A stretch of DNA of 64,000 nt from Patescibacteria group bacterium (GTDB lineage: Bacteria; Patescibacteriota; Patescibacteriia; CAIXNZ01). Shown here piece after piece: positions 27,506 to 38,026 of the stretch (positions are counted from its first letter, which is position 1; each line of letters begins with the position of its first letter). Made by a program: the position numbers and the translations under genes. A model generated the notes under the pieces. The model made no database searches, had not been told where the DNA came from, and saw nothing but the letters and a program-made list of their open reading frames with translations. The stretch spans positions 19,789-83,788 of the forward strand of contig JBAZJU010000003.1 of NCBI GenBank assembly GCA_041651155.1. Direction: 5' to 3'.

Positions 27506-29647
27506 TTATTTTACTTGTTCACTTTTACGCTGCGTAGCCATAATTATCAGTCGACAGCGCACATGCGGTGAATTTTTTATCAGGTTGTCAAAATCCTTAC
27601 GGTTTAATTTCAGGGTTCTGACTCGATCAATGGCAACGACATTGGCTGTTCTAATGCCATCTTGTAAAAGTGCCATTTCCCCAAAGTATTGTCCCGGGAA
27701 AAGAGTGGCTATTTCGCGAACGCCGCCGTTTTCCTCTAACATGACTTTGGCTTTGCCTTCGGTAATGATGTAAAAATCATCGCCTCTTTCGCCCTGAGTT
27801 ACGATATAAGTGTCTGGTTCATGAAGTTCTTCCTGAATCTCCTGGGAGATTTGAATATAGGATGGGGCATCCAGACCCCTGAAAAGGGCAATGTCCATGA
27901 TAATGGGCCGATACTTATGTGTTTTTGCCAATCTCTTAGCCAAAAGTGGTTCTTTGAGTATCCGGTTGGAAATTTCCTTGGGAATTGCTAAGACCCGTAA
28001 AGGACTTCTGGCTTTAATAGTGGCTGTGCAAGGGCAATTTTTTGTGACGGAAAGTTCTCCAAAGAAATCGCCGCTAGACAGCTGGGTGAATTCTTCATTG
28101 TCAATGATGACCAAGGCAGTTCCACCTAAAATGACATAAAACTCTTTGCCCGGGCTACCTTGTTCCAAAATTACGCTGCCAGCTGGGAATTCTTCGATCT
28201 TTCCGCTAGACAAAAGCACGGAAATCCATTGCGGTTCTATGCCGTAGAACAATGGCACTCGAAATAGCGTATTCATGGCTTCCAAGGCCGTGTCCTGGGG
28301 GATAAGTTCCCAAATTTGACCTGTCTTGGGCGTGCAAAATTGCTGGCTGAGCTCAGGTGTTAATTTGGCGCTGTGAGTCAGGACAAGCCGTTTTTTTACC
28401 TCGCTGGGTAATTGAGCAAGTTCGTCTGTCAGCGGATGGATTGTGCCTCCACCGCCATCAAGAAACATCAGATCGCAATCTATTGTGGGAATGCCTTGGA
28501 CGCAAGCCCTAGTTTGTTCATCGATGATTCCCTTTTCTGCCAGTTCCTGAATTTTCTTGCCCCAGGCAGTATCGCCTGAATAGACAATGCTTTTACCTTT
28601 GACTGTGACTTTGAAGCCGATCGTTGGAATCGGGTGTACCGTATTCCAGAAATCGAATTCGGCGCCGTACCAACTGAAAGGTTCATTGACTTTTACTTCA
28701 ATCAGCTTAACGAATTGCTGAACCACATCAACCGGCAGATCGAGAATGTAAGCGGTTTTCAGGAGAAAGCCAGCGAAAACGGTTTTGGTTGTCATAATGC
28801 TGGCCATTTTGGAATTGACCACCATATCCAGGATGGAATTGTGGTCGTCGTGAATGTGGGTAATCAGGAATGCCTCGATTTCGTGAGGATTAATGCCAAA
28901 TTCCCTGCAATGCTCTTTCAGCCAGCTTACACCATCAACAATGATGGGCAGGCCATTTATCCAGATAATCACCCCAGAAGTGTAGTCGCTGGGATCAAAA
29001 CCCGACGTGCATTGGCTCAGGGCCATGGCGCCCAGGATTGATCTCTTGGGCAAATTTTCCGGAGTGATAAGCGGTAAAGGCGGTGTTTGAGGATTGTTCA
29101 GGTTGATGTCAGCGAAATATCCTTCGTCCTGATCTGTGATCTGGAAAACATTTTCCGCGCGCTTGGTAACTAGCATACCGTCAATTTCCACTTTGCCTTT
29201 TGCATCAAACGGTATGAAATTAATCATGTCGTCGAGCGTGGCAATTGAACTGTTTTTGTTATGAAGCGCCAGATAATCAGATATCTTGGAAATGCGCTCA
29301 TATTCTTCATCGCTGATACCGAACTGATCAGCCTCCTGCTTATTGATTCCCAGCAAGGTCAGGCGCAAAATGTTCTTGATCCTTTCCAGCTGTTTTTTTT
29401 CGCCGATCACGGCCAGTTTTTCACCTTTGAAAAATCCGCCGTAGACGAAAAGAAAATCATAAAGTGGAAATTCCAGTGCTGCCTGGTTGATTCCATGCCG
29501 GAAAAAAGTCGAGGGCAGGACAATCCTGTTTGGGACTGTTTTTCCCATCTTTTTGAGAAGTTTGACCACCTCTGAAGGGCAGCCAAGCATAATTCTCCAG
29601 TCATAAATCTGACAACCGGGCATTAATTCAAACAATTTTTGTTCCAT
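27506..29647 (-). CDS. Metallo-beta-lactamase-fold hydrolase with two cyclic-nucleotide-binding domains
   Basis: THIHDDH, HPIP, YSGDT; FFGEL...TATI and YFGEMALL...RTANV. Confidence 0.85.
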   Translation of the reverse strand: MEQKLFELMPGCQIYDWRIMLGCPSEVVKLLKKMGKTVPNRIVLPSTFFRHGINQAALEFPLYDFLFVYGGFFKGEKLAVIGEKKQLERIKNILRLTLLGINKQEADQFGISDEEYERISKISDYLALHNKNSSIATLDDMINFIPFDAKGKVEIDGMLVTKRAENVFQITDQDEGYFADINLNNPQTPPLPLITPENLPKRSILGAMALSQCTSGFDPSDYTSGVIIWINGLPIIVDGVSWLKEHCREFGINPHEIEAFLITHIHDDHNSILDMVVNSKMASIMTTKTVFAGFLLKTAYILDLPVDVVQQFVKLIEVKVNEPFSWYGAEFDFWNTVHPIPTIGFKVTVKGKSIVYSGDTAWGKKIQELAEKGIIDEQTRACVQGIPTIDCDLMFLDGGGGTIHPLTDELAQLPSEVKKRLVLTHSAKLTPELSQQFCTPKTGQIWELIPQDTALEAMNTLFRVPLFYGIEPQWISVLLSSGKIEEFPAGSVILEQGSPGKEFYVILGGTALVIIDNEEFTQLSSGDFFGELSVTKNCPCTATIKARSPLRVLAIPKEISNRILKEPLLAKRLAKTHKYRPIIMDIALFRGLDAPSYIQISQEIQEELHEPDTYIVTQGERGDDFYIITEGKAKVMLEENGGVREIATLFPGQYFGEMALLQDGIRTANVVAIDRVRTLKLNRKDFDNLIKNSPHVRCRLIIMATQRKSEQVK

Positions 29648-29753
29648 TTTCTTCCTCCTCTCTTAAATTTAAGGAACATTTTAGCTTAACATTTTTCGAT
29701 ATTTTTGTCAATATTTTATTAAAAAAGGAGCTAATCTCTTAGCTCCCTATAGG

Positions 29754-30623
29754 TTAAATTTTTGACTGCGGTTTGGGTTTGATTTTGAATATTTGTGATA
29801 ACCAGGCTAAGCTTAAACTGAAGCAACTTAACAACTTTACAACCAAACAACTTAATAATCCCACATGTTTTTTAAAATAAATTGCCATTCCCCTATTAAA
29901 TCGTTTCTGTTTTTCTAAGCTCATTTGCTGGGCAAAACTTTTAGCTTCGTGATGAATAATTTTTGTTTTTGGCGTATAAATAATTTTCAAGCCTAAATCC
30001 TGAATTTTCATGCATAAATCCAGATCCTCCCACCAGATAAAATAATCAGGATCAAACCCGCCAATTTCTTTAATTACTCCTGTTCTGGCAAACATAAAAG
30101 CTCCCATGATCTGTTTAACTTCCTGTTCTTTTTCATAAATAAAATTTTTGGCTAAATATCTATTTAAACATTTGGTTTGAAAAAAATGATGGAGTTTTAA
30201 AAGAATTAAAAGTTGGTCGCAGAGATTAGGATTATTTTTAATATTTTTTTGTAATGTGCCATCAGGATAAATTAACTGGCAAGTTGAGAGAGCAATTTTT
30301 TCATCCTGTGCCATGAGATCAAACATTACTTTAAAACTATTTTCTATTAATTCAGTATCTGGATTTAAAAATAATACATATTTTCCTTGGGTGTGTTCTA
30401 AGGCCAAATTATTTGCATTGGCAAAACCCAGGTTTTCGTTGGAGGCAATTAAATTAACTTGAGGAAATTGTGATGCCACCATTAACGCTGAGGCATCTTT
30501 GGAAGCATTATCAACCACAAAAACCTCAAATTCTAAACCTTGTGTTTTATCAATGATTGATTGTAAACACTTTCTGAGCAAGTCCTTAACATTCCAAGAG
30601 ACGATGATGATTGATAGTTGCAT
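29754..30623 (-). CDS. Glycosyltransferase family 2
   Basis: SIIIVSWN, VDNAS, NLGFA, LNPD, EDLDL; start moved to 30623. Confidence 0.9.
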   Translation of the reverse strand: MQLSIIIVSWNVKDLLRKCLQSIIDKTQGLEFEVFVVDNASKDASALMVASQFPQVNLIASNENLGFANANNLALEHTQGKYVLFLNPDTELIENSFKVMFDLMAQDEKIALSTCQLIYPDGTLQKNIKNNPNLCDQLLILLKLHHFFQTKCLNRYLAKNFIYEKEQEVKQIMGAFMFARTGVIKEIGGFDPDYFIWWEDLDLCMKIQDLGLKIIYTPKTKIIHHEAKSFAQQMSLEKQKRFNRGMAIYFKKHVGLLSCLVVKLLSCFSLSLAWLSQIFKIKPKPQSKI

Positions 30624-30645
30624 AGTATAAAAATTTTGTGTAGTT

Positions 30646-30833
30646 AAGGATTCTTCGCTATTAAAGTGGTTGTGTAGGAAATGATTTTTTGTTGCTAGTC
30701 CGCTCTGAATGACGGGGGGGGCGAGCCGAACGCCCTTTGTCATTCAGAGACCCCAACAGGCCGAAGAAAAGGCAAGGATTTATGGATTCAAGGATTCTTC
30801 GCTTGCCCCTTCGGGGCTGACGCTCTGAATGAC
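30646..30833. repeat. Cluster of GTCATTC/GAATGAC REP-like elements
   Basis: AAGGATTCTTCGCT...CGCTCTGAATGAC twice, GTCATTCAGAG inverted; relative at 60081-60142. Confidence 0.75.
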
Positions 30834-32015
30834 AGTGGGGGTAAGTTTTTCATTAATTAACTCCAACATTTCCCCTACCCTAATTTGCCAAGTATTATTC
30901 TTTAACATTTCAAATTTTTCCGGCGCTAATCCCTTTTCCTCTTTTAAGGCTTGGTTAACAAAATTATTAAATTCTTCTGGCGATTTGGCGACTTTAATCA
31001 AATTGCCAAAGCGTTCAATCCCTGGTATATAAGTTGAAACTATTGGTAAGCCAGCAGCTAGATATTCATAAAACTTCATGGGATCAGTTGATTTGATAAA
31101 ATCATTAATTTTATAAGGAATAATGCCCACATCAAAGCCATTATAAAGCGCTGGAATATCTTCATATTTTATTGGTCCTAAGAAATGAATATTTTTATAC
31201 TCTTCAAATTTATCCTTGGGAAAGTTTGGCCAAACTGGACCAGCTAAGACAATGGATTTATCTTGATTATTTTTCGCTAAATTTAGCAAAATTTCAGTAT
31301 CAATTCTGTCTTGCAATATTCCGAGAAATCCAATAATTTGTTTTGGGATATTAATTAATTTGGGCGAAACTTCGGATACACTTTGAAAATATTCTAAATC
31401 AACTCCATTGGGTAGCCAAGATACATTGGCCTGATTATTAAATAAATCCTTTTTTAAATTGGCTGAAACAGTGAAAATTAAGTCAGATTTTTCTTGGATT
31501 GTTTGATAATTTTGTTTTAATTTTGATTTGTACGCCTCATAACTTGAATGTTCTGACCAATTATCAACTGCATCAAAGATATTTAATTTTTGGTTAAAAT
31601 TGTCAAAATAATCAATGTACATTGGATTATAATTCCAGGCAATTAGATTATTTTGCATGTTTTCCTTGGCAATAATTTTATTTAGTTCTGTAATGATTCT
31701 ACTTTTATTTAAAACAGAATCAATTGTGGAATAAACTAAAATTTTGCTGGAAATTTGCCAGCATTGTGAAGTCAAATCTCCATAAATAATTGTTCCTCTT
31801 GTATCCTTTAATATCTGATCTGAAAAGTAAGTTTTAATTGCTTTTTTAATGTTAAAAGGCAGAAAATCTACAGTAATGACTTTATTTATTTCATCTCGTT
31901 TAACTAAATTATGTAAAACATGGAAATTGCGATTGACAACTCCTTTTTGCCAGTCGCTGTATTTGGACATGTTGAACATTATTATATTCAGTTTGGGTGG
32001 GTTGATTATGCTCAT
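30780..32015 (-). CDS. Glycosyltransferase (GT-B, family 4-like)
   Basis: PNGVD, PMKFYEYLAAGLPIV; start moved to 32015. Confidence 0.85.
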   Translation of the reverse strand: MSIINPPKLNIIMFNMSKYSDWQKGVVNRNFHVLHNLVKRDEINKVITVDFLPFNIKKAIKTYFSDQILKDTRGTIIYGDLTSQCWQISSKILVYSTIDSVLNKSRIITELNKIIAKENMQNNLIAWNYNPMYIDYFDNFNQKLNIFDAVDNWSEHSSYEAYKSKLKQNYQTIQEKSDLIFTVSANLKKDLFNNQANVSWLPNGVDLEYFQSVSEVSPKLINIPKQIIGFLGILQDRIDTEILLNLAKNNQDKSIVLAGPVWPNFPKDKFEEYKNIHFLGPIKYEDIPALYNGFDVGIIPYKINDFIKSTDPMKFYEYLAAGLPIVSTYIPGIERFGNLIKVAKSPEEFNNFVNQALKEEKGLAPEKFEMLKNNTWQIRVGEMLELINEKLTPTVIQSVSPEGASEESLNP

Positions 32016-32117
32016 TATTTTAACTGTGCGTATTTTAGTAAATTTGGAATAAAACGATTGTAAGATATTGTAAGACAATTGTTTTACAGCAATATTACAA
32101 TTGTCTTACTAAATCGT

Positions 32118-33230
32118 CTAAATAATATTCTTGAGCTTGTCGATTTGCTGATACCAATTAAATTCAGATAAAACGCGTTGTCTGCCCTGAACACCTAATT
32201 TGTTCGCTAGCTCCGGGTCGTTAAAGAGCTTTAAAATTGCCTGGTTAATTTCCTGGACACTTTCTGGGTTCACTAAAATTCCGGTTTGGTTATCTATGAC
32301 TGCGTCTTCCGCTCCCCCGCTTTTGCCAGCAATCACTGGTTTGCCAAATAAATTAGCTTCCAGATAAACAATACCAAAGCCCTCTATGTCTTCGCCTATT
32401 TGGCGCGCTGGCATGATAAAGATATTGGCTAAACTATAAAAGGCAGGGAGATTTGAATTGGGTATGTCTTCAGCAATTATTAAATTCCCTCTGACTTTTA
32501 AATCCTCGGCTAGTTTTTCTAATCTTTCTCTGTCAGGGCCATTGCCAACAATTATATAGATTAAGTTGGGTATTTGCTTAGTTAATTCTGGTAATGCTTC
32601 AATAACTTTATCAAAACCTTTTCTGGGCACTAAACGACCTACAGAAAGCAGTATTTTTTTATGATGTAAATCCAGCTCATTTTTAATAATTTGCATTTCA
32701 TGTTCGTTGAATTGTTCAAGTTGTAAATTTGGACAAGGATAGACAATTGTTATTTTATTTTGTTTAATCCCCAAATTCAATACTTGATTTTCTGTATTAT
32801 GGCTATTAACAATAATATGTTTGGCCTGAGTTAATATTTTTACTGCCCAGTATTTTTTCCAGCTTGATTTTTGGGCATTCATTATGTCATAGCCGTGCAA
32901 AATAACAATGTATGGCAATTTAAGCATTAACGCAATATAGCCCATTGGTAAAATATGGCTAATTACAATTTGTTCAATTTTAGATTTTTTGATTATAGGT
33001 TTAGCCGCCAAATATGTTTTTAACCAGCGTGGCCAAAAATATTTAGATAATAATTGTGCCCTGATAATTTTATAAGGCTGCTTGTTATCAAAATGCTGGC
33101 TTTGCTCGTGATTATTAGCTAAAACTAAAAGATTGCCTGGTGGAAAATTTTTGCTTAAATTAGCCAAATAATTTGCTACGCCTCCAATTTGCGGTGGGAA
33201 ATCAATTGTTATTAATAATGATTTTTTCAT
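32118..33230 (-). CDS. Glycosyltransferase family 4
   Basis: DFPPQIGG, GRLVPRKG, EGFGIVYLEA. Confidence 0.9.
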   Translation of the reverse strand: MKKSLLITIDFPPQIGGVANYLANLSKNFPPGNLLVLANNHEQSQHFDNKQPYKIIRAQLLSKYFWPRWLKTYLAAKPIIKKSKIEQIVISHILPMGYIALMLKLPYIVILHGYDIMNAQKSSWKKYWAVKILTQAKHIIVNSHNTENQVLNLGIKQNKITIVYPCPNLQLEQFNEHEMQIIKNELDLHHKKILLSVGRLVPRKGFDKVIEALPELTKQIPNLIYIIVGNGPDRERLEKLAEDLKVRGNLIIAEDIPNSNLPAFYSLANIFIMPARQIGEDIEGFGIVYLEANLFGKPVIAGKSGGAEDAVIDNQTGILVNPESVQEINQAILKLFNDPELANKLGVQGRQRVLSEFNWYQQIDKLKNII

Positions 33231-34702
33231 ACATTTTCTTCTAAAGTTTCTTCCGGGGGTAAAATTACATTCTTTTTAAAAATAGCTTGCCACAAATATT
33301 TTAGATCGTCTTTGCCAAAGCCTTTAAGCAGATAAAGAATTATTGTGTAAATAAAAGCGCTTATAATAATTAGGATTATAAAATTTATATGCTCTTTGGT
33401 GTAAATTATAAATATTGCCATAAATACTGATGCCAGAAGAGCTTTGATTGATTTAATAGTAAGAAATTTAAAGTCATACTTAATTATTTTTGGAACCCAA
33501 ATTAAATTCAAAATAAACAGCAGGCTCAGGCTGATTAAGGTAGCGATTGAAGCGCCGATTTGCTGGTATTTGGGAATTAAAATCAGATGAAGAATTATAT
33601 CTATAACCATGATAATTCCCATGTTGGTCGTATTTACAGTTTGTTTATCACAGGCATTTAATAATGAGCCGACCGGATAAGATAGGAATAAGGCAATGAT
33701 TGCAAAAATCAAAATTTTTAAGGTTAAAATAGATGGTTGATAACCAGAGCCATACAGGCCTAAAATTATTTTGTCAGCTAATGATCCCAGGCCAAAAGCA
33801 ATCGGTAAAGCGATAATAATTAAGAAAAACATTGATTTTTCAAAAATTATTTTTAGCTTTGACTGATCATTGGCAAAGGCAGCGCTCATGGCCGGATAAA
33901 TAGCTGCAGCAAAAGAGGCCGGTAAAAAGATAAAAGCATAAGTTATTTTATAGGCCACTGAATACCAGCCTACTGCTTGATCGCTGATTAAAATAGACAG
34001 TAAAACTTGGTCTATAAATGTGTAGACTCTGGTAAAAATCGCGGCCAGGGCAAAAGGAAAAGCAATTTTTAATAATAACTTTACAATGCTTTTATTCCAC
34101 TGGAAACTAAATTTAAAATGTAATTTAACCTTTAATAAAATGAAAGAATATATAAAGCTGAAAGAACTGCCGGCCAAAAGCGCAAAAACTAAGATGTAGA
34201 GGGGAAATTTTAAAAAAACACCAATTAAGCCAACCAAGACAATTAAAAGTTGGTTTATAGTAATGCTTATCGCCTCGTATTTTAAATTTTGATAAGCGCG
34301 GAAAATTGCCCAAAAGCTAAGGGTAAAAGAATCAATAATCATAATCACGCCTGCCAAATAAACCATTGTTAAGGTAATTTGTGACTTATTTAAGAGGTTA
34401 ATTATTACAATTGCGGCTAAATATGTCAGGACTGCTAATAAAATTTTAATTGATAATACATTATTTAAATATTCATTTGCCTTATTTTTGTCTTTGGCAG
34501 ATTCCCTGATTAAGACCTGAGTTAAACCGAAATCAATAAAAACAGACAAAATAGTAGTAAAGGATATGGCAAAAACATATAGCCCGATATTATCGGCGCC
34601 AAGAAATCTGGCGATTAAGGTAAAATAAATAAAAGCAAATATTTTCTGGAAAATATAGGCGCTAGTTAATAAAGTTGTATTTTTGGCAATATTTTGTTGC
34701 AT
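33227..34702 (-). CDS. Wzx-type polysaccharide flippase
   Basis: ~14 TM helices, ARFLG, DFGL, VGWYSVAY. Confidence 0.88.
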   Translation of the reverse strand: MQQNIAKNTTLLTSAYIFQKIFAFIYFTLIARFLGADNIGLYVFAISFTTILSVFIDFGLTQVLIRESAKDKNKANEYLNNVLSIKILLAVLTYLAAIVIINLLNKSQITLTMVYLAGVIMIIDSFTLSFWAIFRAYQNLKYEAISITINQLLIVLVGLIGVFLKFPLYILVFALLAGSSFSFIYSFILLKVKLHFKFSFQWNKSIVKLLLKIAFPFALAAIFTRVYTFIDQVLLSILISDQAVGWYSVAYKITYAFIFLPASFAAAIYPAMSAAFANDQSKLKIIFEKSMFFLIIIALPIAFGLGSLADKIILGLYGSGYQPSILTLKILIFAIIALFLSYPVGSLLNACDKQTVNTTNMGIIMVIDIILHLILIPKYQQIGASIATLISLSLLFILNLIWVPKIIKYDFKFLTIKSIKALLASVFMAIFIIYTKEHINFIILIIISAFIYTIILYLLKGFGKDDLKYLWQAIFKKNVILPPEETLEENV

Positions 34703-34903
34703 TTATTTTCTATTTATTGCGCTAATAAACGTTTATAATGATACTAATATACTAATATTTTACTAATGATACTAATTAGTATTAAAATTAGTAAATTCGT
34801 AACTTGTGCTTATTTTAGCATAAAATCTTTAATTTTAAAAGATAACAAAACACCCCATAAAATGGAGTGTTTTGTTTTGTAAAAATATAGAATTTTGTGA
34901 GGT

Positions 34904-35323
34904 TTAACGCTTGGCCCACTGTGGGCTTTTTCTAGCTCTTTTTAAGCCAGGCTTCTTTCTTTCTTTAATCCGAGCATCTCTTTTGAGATATCCTGCGACT
35001 TTAAGCGTTTTATGAGTGTCTTCATTGTATATTTGAATAGTTCTGGCGATACCATGCCTGATTGCTTCAGCCTGACCCTTTTTACCGCCGCCTCTGACAA
35101 TTACTGAAATATCTACTTTTTTATCCAAATCAACTAATCTTAAAGGCGCCAGGATAATTTCCTGCAATTCATAGTCAGGCAAATATTGTTCTGACTTTTT
35201 ATTATTAATCATGATTTCACCTTTGCCCTTAGGAATCAACCTAATCTGGGCAATAGCGCGTTTGCGCTTGCCTACCGCATAAATATATTTTTCTTTAGTT
35301 TTTGGAATGATTTTTTCTGGCAT
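34904..35323 (-). CDS. rpsI: 30S ribosomal protein S9
   Basis: GKRKRA, GGGKKGQAEAIRHG, ERKKPGL. Confidence 0.97.
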   Translation of the reverse strand: MPEKIIPKTKEKYIYAVGKRKRAIAQIRLIPKGKGEIMINNKKSEQYLPDYELQEIILAPLRLVDLDKKVDISVIVRGGGKKGQAEAIRHGIARTIQIYNEDTHKTLKVAGYLKRDARIKERKKPGLKRARKSPQWAKR

Positions 35324-35325
35324 AT

Positions 35326-35700
35326 TTATTTAATAGTCAATCTTTTAATCATCGCTTCTCTAAGTCTGGTTTTGGGCAGCATTTTATAAACTGCGTTTCG
35401 CAGTATTTTACCCGGATTGTCTTTTAGCCACTTTTTAATGGGGATTTTTTTTATGCCGCCTGGATACTGGGAATGTCTATAATATGTCTTTTGTTCTTTT
35501 TTCTTGCCTGTAAATTTTAAGTTATTAATATTTGTAACATTTACAAAATCTCCATTATCAATTTGAGGGCTAAAATTAACCTTACCCTTGCCTCTCAAGA
35601 GCAGGGCAATCTTTGTCGCTAAACGGCCGACTGATTGATTTGAAGCATCAAGAGGAATGGTTTTTCTTTCAATTTTAATGTTTACATTTGTAGTTTTCAT
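35326..35700 (-). CDS. rplM: 50S ribosomal protein L13
   Basis: GRLAT, LRGK, YYRHSQYPGG, MLPK. Confidence 0.95.
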   Translation of the reverse strand: MKTTNVNIKIERKTIPLDASNQSVGRLATKIALLLRGKGKVNFSPQIDNGDFVNVTNINNLKFTGKKKEQKTYYRHSQYPGGIKKIPIKKWLKDNPGKILRNAVYKMLPKTRLREAMIKRLTIK

Positions 35701-35704
35701 AAAA

Positions 35705-36055
35705 TTAGACAAATTCAATTTGCACCATTTTGGCAGCATCGCCTTGGCGTGAATTAAGCCTGATTATCCTGGTATAGCCGCCTTTTCTGTCTTTGTAGCG
35801 CGGACTTAAATCTTCCAAGACTTTCTTAACAGCATTGGCTAAATATAAATATTTATGTAGTTCACGGCGGCTTGTTAAGTCATTCTTTTTTCCCTTTGTT
35901 ATTAGTTTTTCAACAATTGGTTTTAGAGTTTTTGCCTTGCCTTCTGTGGTTTTGATTTTTTCGTACAAAACTAAACTCGTAGCTAAGCCGCGAAGCAGCG
36001 CTTTACGAGGAGCTTTTTTCCGATCTAAAATTTTACCTTTATTTCTATGTCTCAT
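35705..36055 (-). CDS. rplQ: 50S ribosomal protein L17
   Basis: MRHR, IKTT, GGYTRI, RQGD. Confidence 0.97.
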   Translation of the reverse strand: MRHRNKGKILDRKKAPRKALLRGLATSLVLYEKIKTTEGKAKTLKPIVEKLITKGKKNDLTSRRELHKYLYLANAVKKVLEDLSPRYKDRKGGYTRIIRLNSRQGDAAKMVQIEFV

Positions 36056-36061
36056 ATTACT

Positions 36062-36847
36062 TTATTTTTTAGCTTTTTTACTAGTCTTAACGGCTTTTTT
36101 GGCTTTAGGCTTTTTAATCTTGGCTTTATTTTCTTCTTCTTTTTCTTCCGGAGCTTCTGGCGTTTCGGAAATTAAAAGATTAAAATGATCTATAAGCATT
36201 TTTGCGCAAAAATTAATTGCTTCCCGCGGGCTGATTGTGCCATCTGTTTCCAAAGTTAATGTTAACTTGTCAAAATTAGTAATTTGTCCGACACGGGTAT
36301 TTTCAACTTTAAAGCCGACATCTTTTATTGGCGTGAAGATTGAATCAATGGCAATAGTCCCGACAGATAAATTCTCCTTAGATCGATTTTCTGTTGGTTC
36401 AAAACCACGTCCTTTTTCCACAATAATCTCCATATTAAATTCAGTCCCCTTGTCAGTAATAGTGGCAATTTTCAAATCAGGATTTATAATTTCAACATTG
36501 GCATCTTTAGCAATATCTCCGGCCAAAACATCTCCCATGCCCTTTTTCACCACTTTCAAAACAACCGGTTCATCGCTATATAATTTAAGTCTTAGTAATT
36601 TTACATTTAGCACAATCTGCAATATATCTTCATAGATTCCTGTTAAGGCGGAAAATTCATGCGGTGCGCCTTTTATTTTTATAGCAGTAGCAGCGGCGCC
36701 TGGCAAAGATGATAATAATACCCGTCTTAAGGCATTGCCCAGGGTTGTGCCATAACCATGATATAGCGGTTCCACTGTTAGAATTGCGAGATTAGAATTT
36801 TTCTCTTCCTTTAATTCTATTTTTGACGGTAAGAAAATATTTTCCAT
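36062..36847 (-). CDS. rpoA: RNA polymerase alpha subunit lacking the alpha-CTD
   Basis: EPL.HGYGTTLGNALRRVLLSS, TRVGQ; ends in Glu/Lys-rich tail. Confidence 0.95.
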   Translation of the reverse strand: MENIFLPSKIELKEEKNSNLAILTVEPLYHGYGTTLGNALRRVLLSSLPGAAATAIKIKGAPHEFSALTGIYEDILQIVLNVKLLRLKLYSDEPVVLKVVKKGMGDVLAGDIAKDANVEIINPDLKIATITDKGTEFNMEIIVEKGRGFEPTENRSKENLSVGTIAIDSIFTPIKDVGFKVENTRVGQITNFDKLTLTLETDGTISPREAINFCAKMLIDHFNLLISETPEAPEEKEEENKAKIKKPKAKKAVKTSKKAKK

Positions 36848-36893
36848 ATTTTTTAGTCGAAGGTTCCCCCTCGGAATTATTATTTAAAATATT

Positions 36894-37523
36894 TTATTTA
36901 GAATAGAATTCAACTACCAGTTTTGGATCAAATTCACCTTTGGCTTCTTCAAGCTTTGGCTTATCTACTACTTTAGCTTCAAGCTTTGAATAATCTAAAA
37001 TAAGCCAGGAAGATGGTTCTGCTTTTTTCAAGGATTCTTTCAGATTGCTAAATATTTTTAAATCCTTGCTTTTATTTTTAATAGTTATAATATCTCCGAT
37101 TTTTAACTGATATGATGGAATATTAACGCTTTTAGAATTAATTAAAAAATGTTTATGCGATATCAGCTGTCTGGCTAAATCGCGCGAAGGCGCAATGCCT
37201 AAACGATAAACAATATTATCAAAACGCATTTCCAGGAGTTCTAATAATACGCCCTCGGTATTACCTTTAGATTTGCTGGCTTTTTGAAAGTAATTTTTAA
37301 ATTGAGTTTCCATTAGATGATAAATTTTTTTCGCTTTTTGTTTTTCCATCAGCTGTTTGCCATAATCTGTCAGTCGTGGATAACCATTGCTGCCATGCGC
37401 TCCTGGAGGAAAATTTCTTTTAACCATGGCGCATTTTGGTGAATTACAACGTTCACCCTTTAAAAAGAGCTTTTGACCTGTGCGTCTGCATTGTTTACAT
37501 TTTGGATTTAAATTTCTTCCCAT
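36894..37523 (-). CDS. rpsD: 30S ribosomal protein S4 (zinc-binding type)
   Basis: CKQCRR, EKQK, LEMRFDN, VEFYS. Confidence 0.97.
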   Translation of the reverse strand: MGRNLNPKCKQCRRTGQKLFLKGERCNSPKCAMVKRNFPPGAHGSNGYPRLTDYGKQLMEKQKAKKIYHLMETQFKNYFQKASKSKGNTEGVLLELLEMRFDNIVYRLGIAPSRDLARQLISHKHFLINSKSVNIPSYQLKIGDIITIKNKSKDLKIFSNLKESLKKAEPSSWLILDYSKLEAKVVDKPKLEEAKGEFDPKLVVEFYSK

Positions 37524-37570
37524 ATATATTTGAATTATGAATGCTGAATACTGAAATCTAAGATTATGAA

Positions 37571-38017
37571 TTAGACGCGTCTTGGTTTGCGGTGGCGGCA
37601 GCCATTATGCGGTATCGGAGTAACATCATTGATTGTTAAAACATTCAAACCATAGGTGTTTAAGGCTCTAACTGCCGCTTCCCTGCCAGTCCCGACTCCT
37701 TTAACATAAACATTTACGTTTTTCAGGCCATAAGCTTTGGCTTTATCTATCGCATTTTTAACAATTACACTTGCCGCATAAGGAGTGGATTTTTTAGGGC
37801 CTTTAAAATTATTCTGGCCAGCGCTTGACCACGATAAAACATTACCATTTAAATCGGTTAGAGTTACTATAGTATTATTGTATGTAGCCTGAATATAAGC
37901 CCGACCATGAGCAATCTGCCGGAGAATTTTGTTTTTCTTCTGTTTACCGGCCTCTGTGGTAGTTTCAGGGCCTGCTGAGATAGGATTTTTTTCAGTTGTT
38001 GTTGCTTCGTTTGCCAT
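37571..38017 (-). CDS. rpsK: 30S ribosomal protein S11
   Basis: NNTIVT, KSTPYAA, DVTPIPHNGCR. Confidence 0.97.
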   Translation of the reverse strand: MANEATTTEKNPISAGPETTTEAGKQKKNKILRQIAHGRAYIQATYNNTIVTLTDLNGNVLSWSSAGQNNFKGPKKSTPYAASVIVKNAIDKAKAYGLKNVNVYVKGVGTGREAAVRALNTYGLNVLTINDVTPIPHNGCRHRKPRRV

Positions 38018-38026
38018 ATTTATGTT

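Noticed and set aside
30624-30743. N-terminal extension of GT2 ORF
   Set aside because: Derived from REP sequence; the family motif starts at 30623
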